NCBI GenBank assembly: GCA_951406725.2
Contig: OX597825.1
Span: forward strand, 28,706,001 to 28,770,000
Source of the DNA: Octopus vulgaris
Taxonomy: Eukaryota
Reading direction: 5' to 3'
DNA length: 64,000 nt
Every line of letters starts with the position of its first letter. Position 1 is the stretch's first letter. This document shows positions 54,766 through 64,000 of this stretch, in pieces. The translations under genes and the position numbers were made by a program. The notes under the pieces are model-generated. The model saw nothing but the letters and a program-made list of their open reading frames with translations, ran no database searches and had not been told where the DNA came from.

Positions 54766-55705
54766 GTATAAATGTATGTATCTATGTGTGCATGCATGTA
54801 TGTTTGTATGTATGTTTGTATGTATTCACGAAAGTATATATGTACGCATGTATGTATGTATGTATGTATGTATGTATGTATGTATGTATGTATGTATGTA
54901 TGTATGTATGTGAGCGTGCGGATGCAGGAATAATTTTGGTTGGTTTCATGGGGGCGCAATAAAATGACCGGGATTGAGGAACACTAGCTGTTCTAGTAGT
55001 ATCTTTCTGGAAGAGGGATACATTTACATAAAGCTTGCGGTTTCATGTAGCTGCTGGTCAGCTCGCTTCGGCCTATCACTAGGTACTGATCAAGAAGATC
55101 CAGAGAGTGGTACTCGTGTTGTACAAGTGGTTATTACTATAATTTGTGATTGACAGAGAGGGCATCAATAAATTGAAATTCTGAAGAGTTCTTGTTAGGA
55201 TCCTTTGATTTGCTCAGATTTGCTGTTAGGATCCTTTCCATTTGTAAGCCATTTTGGCGAGGGTGATTGTAACACTGTAAGCTTGAGCTGAGACTAGATT
55301 TGAAAGTTCTTACATGTTTAGAATATGTTGGAGCCCGCTGTTGACTTTTGGCGGGTTGATAACAGGAATTATCAGTTCAGGGTGTGGGATTGCCAGAACT
55401 GTTCAGTCTCCTATTGATACTTTACTGTACTTGTTGTGACTCCTTGTGTTCTGAGTTCAAAATCCCTCCAGGCCCTACTTAGCTGTTTCACTTAATCGAT
55501 TTTACACCAGTTTTTCACTACCAACACCACCAACACCACCACCACCAACACCACGACGACGGCGACGACGACGACCACCATCACCACCAACGCATGATAC
55601 AATGGCGTGCAACCTGTTGCAAGAAATTAATTTCTGGTTGAAGATAACTTACTACCTCCTATCCGTGCCGAAGACCCTGCAAAAGAGCCGTGGGAAATGT
55701 CCTTC

Positions 55706-56117
55706 GGCGGGCTGGTAGAAACGTTAGCACACCGGGCGAAATGCTTAGCGGTATTTCGTCTCACGTTACGTTCTGAGTTCAAATTCCACCGAGGTCGACT
55801 TTGCCTTTCATCCTTTCGGGGTGATTAAATAAGCACCAGTTACGCACTGGGGTCGATATAATCGATTTAATCCGTTTGTCTGTCCTTGTTTGTCCGCTCT
55901 GTGTTTAGCCACTTGTGGGTAGTAAAGAAATAGGTATTTCGTCTGCCGTTACGTTCTGAGTTCAAGTTCCGCCGAGGTCAACTTTGCCTTTCATTCTTCC
56001 AGGGTCAATAAATTAAGTACCAGTTACACACTGGGGTCGATGTAATCGACTTAGTCCTTTTGTCTGTCCTTGTTTGTCCCCTCTATGTTTAACCCCTTGT
56101 GGACAATAAAAGAAATA
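55706..56117 (+). mobile_element. SINE family B dimer with a 14-bp TSD
   Basis: GGGAAATGTCCTTC (55692-55705) / GGGAACTGTCCTTC (56118-56131); junction AAAGAAATA|GGTATTTCGTC at 55931/55932. Confidence 0.9.
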
Positions 56118-56608
56118 GGGAACTGTCCTTCTTTCAAGACAATTCAATAAAAACAAACGTTTGGTTATTTCCAATTGGCAAACGAGCGAAGTGCTTCAAT
56201 AGCTTATTCTGTTGGCATATAATTTCCAGTCTTTTATTCTGAAATATTGCTACGACTATTAATACGATTTTGTTCATGGCGATTCTCTTGTTATCTTGCT
56301 TGTTATTTCTCTATAGTTGCCTCAAATTTCTTTAATCTTCCAACCGACGTAATGTCTCTGTAGTTTTTAATTTCTGATAAAATTATCTTATGTTTTCATT
56401 ATTTTCCTTACTTTCCTGTCTAGTCTTACAAATTCAATTAGTTTCTCGTTGAGGATATTGTAACTAGTGTATTTCTATAACAAAAAAAGTGTTTACACAC
56501 ATCACGTGCGTGGATACGCTCACACACACACACAGGTGTGAGCGGGCGTGTATGTATATATGTATCTGTGTGTGTGTGTGTATATGTTTATATGCGTATG
56601 TATGTATA

Positions 56609-56770
56609 GGCACAGGAGTAGCTCTGTGGTAAGGTGCTTGCTTACCAACCATATGGTTCTGGGTTCAGTCCCACTGCGTGACACCTCGGACAAGTGTCTT
56701 CTACTAAAGCCTTGGGCCGACCAAATACTTGTGAGTGGATTTGGTAGGTGGAAACTGAAAGAAGCCCGTC

Positions 56771-56847
<77 letters not shown>

Positions 56848-57075
56848 TATGTATGTATGTATTTATGCGTGTGTGTGTCTGTGTTTGTCCCTCACCATCA
56901 CTTAACAACCGATGTTGATGTGTTTACGTCCCCGTAACTTAGCAGTTCAGCAAAAAAGACTCATAGAAATAAGTACTAAGCTTACAAAAAACAAGTTCCG
57001 GGGTCGATTTGTTCGACGAAAGGCAGTGCTCCAGCATGGCTGCCGTCAAATTACTGGAACAAATAAAAGGAAAGA
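56609..57075 (+). mobile_element. SINE family A
   Basis: Family sequence with an expanded internal (TA)n. Confidence 0.85.
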
Positions 57076-57312
57076 ATATATGTGTGTGTGTGTGTGTGCG
57101 CGCGCGCGCGCGTGTGTGTGTATGTATGTGTGTGTGTGTATGTATATATGAATCTCTCTCTCTCTCTCTCTATCTATCTGTCCATCTATCTATACACATA
57201 CACACACACTTATATATAGAAGGATAGACAGACAGATAGATAGACAGATATATACATACATATATAAAAATATAAATATATATGCATATATACATACGTA
57301 TATGTACATGCT

Positions 57313-57715
<403 letters not shown>

Positions 57716-58240
57716 AGAAGCCCATGTAAGGTGTTGTTATCTGTTTGGTGGGATATGAAAGATTCAGTCCACTTTGAACTTTAAAACCCAAACCAAACAA
57801 TAACAAAGGAGTTCTACTGCTTGAGCGGCGTTAGTCAGCGCTTGAAAGAAAACGACCATCTTATGTTTGAAGACGAAAGGTGTTCTTCCATCAGGATAAT
57901 GCTCGGCCACATACAGCGAGGATGACATTCCTAAGGCTGGAGCAGTTTGAATGGGAAACGATACCCCACCCACCATATTCGCCGGACATTTCCCCATCTG
58001 AAAGTCATTTATTCCGCAGTCTTCAAAATTATTTGGATGGGAAAAATATGGATTCTGTAGACGAGATCAGAATAGTGCTGGAGGAATATTATTCATCACG
58101 GACAAGTGAATTATGGAAGAGGTGCATTGCAAGTCTACCAGGCAGAGGATTGTAGAAAATGAAGGAAAGTATATTTTAGATTAAAAAGAACTTTATCTTA
58201 ATTTTGAGAAAATAAAAAAGGTATTAAAAACCTCATTATT
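57716..58240 (+). pseudogene. Mariner transposase C-terminal (DD34D-type) remnant
   Basis: FFHQDNARPHTA..WETIPHPPYSPDISPSESHLFRSLQNYL..IVENEGKYILD*; frameshifts upstream and downstream. Confidence 0.9.
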
Positions 58241-59015
58241 TATTATAATATATATCATTCATTAAAATATATATAAATATATATATTACCTGTTTTGGCA
58301 TTTTCCTTTGTTTAATGCATTACCGTGATGTTCCGTTAATTCCTTCCCAATTTTTTTTTTCAGTTCTGCATTCTGCTTCCTAACAATTTGTCACCCTGTG
58401 TTTGATCTAATTCTCTTTTCTGTTTGTAGATGTTTTTATATCTAACATTTTATTTGTAGTTTTAATTTTGTTTCTTCTTGATAAAGTTTTCTTGGCCAAA
58501 TTTCACATCAATAATTACAATGAATCCAGTAATACGTATAGCAGTGATTCTCATTGTTTATTATCAGCATGTAGATGGTGGACCGTCCTCCCAATTCATA
58601 TCTGAATTCGATTTGGTCTTGATTTTGTATATTTGCTAAATGTATCATTGCCAAGCCGCAAAGAAGAGGAGTGTACTTCAAACCGTCGTCTTATGATAAG
58701 GATTATTTCATCTTTAAATGAAGAAAGAAGGGCAGTCCCTAAGATCCTTTACATATACTTCGAGACTGGTAAGAGGTCGTGAATGATATAAACTGAACTC
58801 AGACAGATATAGCTGTGAGCTCTTATGCTTGTAGCTGAGTGGACGCCGTCAAAAGCATTCAAGAACCAGATGGTAGTCTTAAACATGGTTCTGGATACAG
58901 TCCCACTACGGAACACCTGAAGTAAGGGTCTTCTACCATATCCTCGGGTCAATCAAAGCATTGTAAGTGGATTTGGTAGACGGAAACCGAAGGAAGCCCG
59001 TCGTATGTACTATAC

Positions 59016-59699
59016 TACGAGGTGGAATTAAAAGGATACCCGACTGGTACTGTAGCGCGCCAACAGATGGCAGCACACGGTCGCATGCTCAGTGAGAGCT
59101 AGCAGTGATCTTCACGAGGCAGTGTGCCGAGTGACATTGCTGTGTTTACTTCGCAAATGGCACAGAAGTAAACACAGAAGCGGAAGAACGTCCCTGGAAG
59201 ACGATGGGGGACCTGGAAGACTTGCCACGAATGTCACCGCCGGAAATGAGAAGAAAATGAAGAGGAAAATGAACGACGTTTTGAAGAGATTGAAGGAGGA
59301 CATGGTGGAGCGCGAATAATTGGATTCTTCACTACGACAATACACCCTTTCATCGAGCTCTCATCACTCGTGAGTTTCTTGTCCAAATCAACATGGTATT
59401 GCTTCAGCACGTGCCCTGTTCACCAGATTTAGCTCTTTCAGACTTTCATCTCTTCCCCAAGATGAAAATGCGGCTCAAAAGTCGTCGTTTTTACATCCTT
59501 GTCGGGATCAAGAACGAATAGCAGAAGGTCCTCGAATCGCTTACAAAAAACGAGGCCCATGCTGAATTCCAAAAGTAGCAGGAACGCTGGAACCGGTGTA
59601 TTGCTGCGTAAGGCGACTATTAAGAAAGAAACGATGTTAAAAATAAGTTATTTTATATTAAACATAACTAGTCCAGGATCTTTTAGCTACAACTATGTA
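59016..59699 (+). mobile_element. Internally deleted mariner element
   Basis: TACGAGG start with imperfect TIRs; GRTSLEDDGGPGR, CSPDLALSDFHLFPKMK and ERWNRCIAA*GDY remnants. Confidence 0.8.
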
Positions 59700-59768
59700 T
59701 TGTACAGTATACATGCTATGTACGTATCTTAACTTTCAGTTCTATTCAGCAAATTATCTAGCTGTTTG

Positions 59769-59852
<84 letters not shown>

Positions 59853-60091
59853 TGTCTTGTTTTCCATTTGTGTCTTTCGCTGTTCGAAAAAAATAGTTCG
59901 TATTCCATGTACTCGTACTTCGTATTCCTTTTGTTGTACACGTTTCGTGATGTCCTGTGACCATATATGCATTATGTATGTATATATGCATATAACAGGA
60001 AGCTTTACGAAAATGAACAAAAGACGAAGGCAGGTGGAGTACAAACAAACAATTGTATTAGTATGGCGCTCAGGAATGGAAATAAAACAAG

Positions 60092-60129
60092 TCTTTTACG
60101 TTTCGAGCCTACGCTCTTCAACAGAAAGA
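60092..60129 (-). ncRNA. Minimal PLE-type hammerhead motif with CUGUUGA core variant, within a fragment at 59994-60200
   Basis: Minus: TCTTT-CTGTTGA-A-GAGC gtag GCTC-GAAA-CG-TA-AAAGA; stems I and II pair perfectly. Confidence 0.65.
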
Positions 60130-60219
60130 TACACAGAAAAGAAACACGGAGAGAAACAAGGAGAGAAAAAAAATGCGTGCAGGAGCTAATGAATCAACAT
60201 GCATATATATATATATATA

Positions 60220-60446
60220 AGGCGGCGAGCTGGCAGAAACGTTAGCACGCTGGGCGAAATGCGTAGCCGTATTTCATCTGCCGTTACGTTCTGAGTTCAA
60301 ATTCTGCCGAGGTCGACTTTGCCTTTCATCCTTTCGGGGTCGATAAATTAAGTACCAATTACGCACTGGGGTCGATGTAATCGACTAAATCCGTTTGTCT
60401 GTCCTTGTTTGTCCCCTCTGTGTTTAGCTCCTTGTGGGTAGTAAAG

Positions 60447-60451
<5 letters not shown>
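60220..60451 (+). mobile_element. SINE family B, full length, type-2 tail, in (TA)n
   Basis: GGCGGCGAGCTGGCAG head to GTAGTAAAGAAATA tail. Confidence 0.9.
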
Positions 60452-60487
<36 letters not shown>

Positions 60488-60490
<3 letters not shown>

Positions 60491-60800
60491 ATGTATGGCC
60501 TAGTGGTAAGGTTGTTGCACTCCCGATCGCGAGATCGTGGTTTCAATTCCAAAACTGAGTAGTGCGTTGTGTTCTTGAGGAAAGCACTTCATCTCACATG
60601 ACTCTGCGATCACTTCGATACCTGATGCGCGGTACACCATGACACCATGTACCTGTTCAGACAACGTCAATTTGATGGAGGAGAGAGTAAGCTAATGTGC
60701 GGCGCGAACGTTTGATCACTATAAACAAATCATTTGTGCAGGTCGTTCAGCAAAAACTGAACCCTCATACGTCGTTTTCGATTGGAGAATCGATCGTTGA
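60488..60800 (+). mobile_element. tRNA-headed SINE with a D-like head and a different tail
   Basis: TGGCCTAGTGGTAAG, GTTTCAATTCC and GCGTTGTGTTCTTGAG shared with family D; the 3' half differs. Confidence 0.65.
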
Positions 60801-60812
60801 TAGATAGGTGTA

Positions 60813-60919
<107 letters not shown>

Positions 60920-61026
60920 ACACACATACAGTCAGTGGATTTCTGCACAACTTCAAAGGAAGGAATGTCATCGATCATACTCAGGAAGACACACAATAAC
61001 ACATAAACCCATTCACACACCCACGC

Positions 61027-61058
<32 letters not shown>

Positions 61059-61215
61059 GTATGTAAAACTGCGTATATCTATGCATGTAGGTATGTGAAT
61101 ATATACATATATATATATATCGGTGTGTATTTCCTCGTACACATACGTTTATATCAAAATTAGCTCACCGACTTTCTGGATCCTACCTTAATTTTTGAAA
61201 TGTTTACCTCGTGAC

Positions 61216-61255
<40 letters not shown>

Positions 61256-61519
61256 ATAAACGATTTTGATGATATTGACGATGATGACGATAATAACAAC
61301 AGTAACAACAATAATACTGATAATGAGGATGATGATGATGATGGTGGTGGTAGTGGTGGTGATAATAAATCTGAGTTGCAGTTGCATGCATTGCGTGAAT
61401 ATAGCAGATAGAGAAGACTCCGGAAGCTAACGTTGAAAATTATCTCTATAATAGCTTCATATCTTCAGGGCTTGACATGAAATAGGACGGCGGCAGGTAA
61501 CGTTAACTAGTGTCGCTAT

Positions 61520-61743
61520 CGATAAAGAGGGAAAGGGAGGGAGAGTGAGAGAGAGAGAGAAGGGGGAGAGAGAGAAATGATAATGAGAGAGAGAGAATGA
61601 GAGTTGTAGTGAGGTTGTGGTGAGAGTTGGGATTTTTGAGAAACTTGAGGAGTGAGAGAGTGAGAGAAAGGAAAAGGAAATTGTGTGAAGAGAGAGCGAG
61701 AGAGAAGGAGAGAGAGAGGGGATAGTGAAAGGAAGCACGAAGT

Positions 61744-61789
<46 letters not shown>

Positions 61790-62053
61790 GAGTATTAATC
61801 GAAGAGTGAACTGAACTGTATTGAATTGAATTGAACTAATTTCAGCTCACGAGCTGTGGCAATGCTGGGGCACGTGTGAAAAAGTGCAGAGATAGAGAAG
61901 AGAGGAAAGAGGGAGGGGAGAGAGGCGAGATAGGGGCTGAGGGGTGAGAGAGGGGGTGAGAGAAGGATGAGTGAGGTGAAAAAAAATCAGGAGATAGTTA
62001 AGAGAGAGAAGTGAGAGAGAGGATTAAAAGAAAGCAGGAGGGAAAGGAGACGT

Positions 62054-62117
<64 letters not shown>

Positions 62118-62258
62118 GCAGAAGAGTGAGAAATTGAGGGAGAGAAGACGTTGATAGTTAGACTAAGGATAAGAGAGGGCTAGAAAAGGAAATTATATAT
62201 TGAAAGTGGTTGCAAAGGGAACAATAGAGCGGATTGAGAGAGAGAGGGAGAGAGAGAA

Positions 62259-62297
<39 letters not shown>

Positions 62298-62460
62298 AAT
62301 AAAGGGTGAGGATGTAATGGAAGGGGTCGTAAGAGGAGTATACAGAGAATGAAATGGGGAGAGAGAGAGGGAGAATGACAGTTAGTGCTAGAGAGAGGGC
62401 GAGAGAGAGAGAGAGACGGAAAGCTACAGGAAGAGACGGAGAGATTGAGAGAGAAGTAAT

Positions 62461-62504
<44 letters not shown>

Positions 62505-62700
62505 AAGAAAGAGCAAGTGGTTATGGTAGATGGAAAGTAAGAGGAAAATAACCTGAAAATTCGAAGCGTGAAGGTGCGTGAGAGAAAGATGGATAGAAAA
62601 AGCGTTGCCTAGAAACTAAAGAAAGAAAAACTAGGAAAGAGAGATAGATAGAGAAAGAGAGAGAGTGTCATAGTGGGAGAGTAGTAAGTGAATGAAGAGT
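61520..62700. repeat. ~1.2-kb purine-rich (GA)n/(GATA)n low-complexity tract
   Basis: Strong A+G strand bias. Confidence 0.9.
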
Positions 62701-63432
62701 TTTCAAAATGGGTGAAAGCAGGGAAGCGAAATGTAAGAGAGGAGAAGTCGGGATGGAAAGTGCATGGATTGTGATATGATAGGCAAATTCTCATGAAATA
62801 GAATCGATGGATTATCTCTCGACATTATTCTGAAATAAACTCAGAAATATTTAGAATTCAGCAGCAATTATGATAATGATATTTTGTTTTATTTTATTTT
62901 AATTCAATTCTGTTTTATTTTATTGGTGGATGCTACTTTCCGTTAGAGTTTTGTTGTAGATTAGCCCTTGGTGACGCCTGAACTAAGAACACCTACACTG
63001 GAAGCCATTTTAAATCTGAGTATACAGTATTAACGAATATATGGACTAATGTGTTCTTCCATTTTTCAGCTAAGACAGAGGGGGTTTTGGCTCCTATTTC
63101 TGCAAACCGACCTACACTGTTCAGGATCCCGGGATTACAGTTGACGAGAGAAGAGCAGGTTTATGGTATGTAGCGTTCCAGCCGTGACCAAACCATATCT
63201 TTCGTAAGCACAATGCATACTGAACGGTGACCCACATCGCTAAATGTGGTTTCCTAAAATGGAGAGGGCAATTTGAAAGGGATTTAGCAGCAATTTCAAT
63301 CATTAGAATGGTTTCGTTTCCATAGGTGCTGCTTTTGGGTTGTTATTGTTGCTACTGTTGCTGTCGTTGCAGGCTTTTGTTGTTCTTTTTGCTGGTATTG
63401 TCGTTTCTACTGTTGCTGCTATCGCTGCTGGT

Positions 63433-63553
63433 CTTCTTCTTCTTCTTCTTCTTCTTCTTCTTCTTCTTCTTCTTCTTCTTCTTCTTCTTCTTCTTCTTCT
63501 TCTTCTTCTTCTTCTTCTTCTTCTTCTTCTTCTTCTTCTTCTTCTTCTTCTTC
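63433..63553. repeat. (CTT)n, about 40 perfect units
   Basis: Directly visible. Confidence 0.95.
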
Positions 63554-64000
63554 CAATCAGGACTCACGCTATTAGCACCAAAGAATAATCTCTAATTCGA
63601 GCCTACTAACAATGCTTGCGGCAACTTAATGTGGCGGTAGGATGTGATGTGATGTGATGGTGATATTGCTGCTATATTTTGCAGATCAAATGACTATGTA
63701 GAAACTCCGCCGCTGGTTCTTAATTCTTTATACGGTTCTGTGTGCTGATATATTGTGCTATAAGTGCCGCAGTTAAGTAAACTTAGCTCAAACTTCTGAT
63801 TCGGCCCGTGTGGTGTTATTAATTTGGGTCCTGTCGGTCTTTGTTGAAGGAACTTATGATTAATGACGTTCCAGCGGTGAGATTTTGTATTTTATTCCTT
63901 TATCTTTCACCACAATTTTCAATGTGCTCTCCACTTTCAGAAAAACCTTTTTGCATGTGTAATTAAAGATTGATCTCCTGTGCATCTGAATAGAATCTCA

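Noticed and set aside
61468-61503. Possible 28-nt exon between TTCAG and GTAACG
   Set aside because: Weak splice context, length not a multiple of three, no other support.
63678-63749. Possible terminal exon after TTTTGCAG (SNDYVETPPLVLNSLYGSVC*)
   Set aside because: Short, no recognisable domain and no partner exons.

Overview
AT-rich, microsatellite-saturated eukaryotic non-coding DNA. The tRNA-headed SINE families and the repeat spectrum look like an octopod cephalopod (Octopus-like); this is recognition, not a database result. I can support no host protein-coding exon, and nearly all ORFs in the track are translated microsatellites or SINEs. The window is a nested transposon landscape: four tRNA-derived SINE families (called A-D here), decayed RTE, CR1-like, Tx1/L1-like and R4/Dong-like LINE fragments, mariner, Tigger, Chapaev3-like and hAT-like DNA transposons, a Helitron and a Helentron-type element. 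The most interesting signal is a dispersed set of Penelope-like (PLE)/retrozyme-type non-coding inserts carrying hammerhead ribozyme (HHR) motifs, mostly in (TA)n tracts. These include two apparently intact type I hammerheads in a 204-bp inverted repeat (11287-11771) and an ~885-bp unit present as a ~1.3-mer (24564-25707). Other patterns: different retroelements occupy different microsatellite motifs, one SINE subfamily repeatedly lies inside the head of its own family, and three SINE tails match three different LINE 3' ends in the same window.
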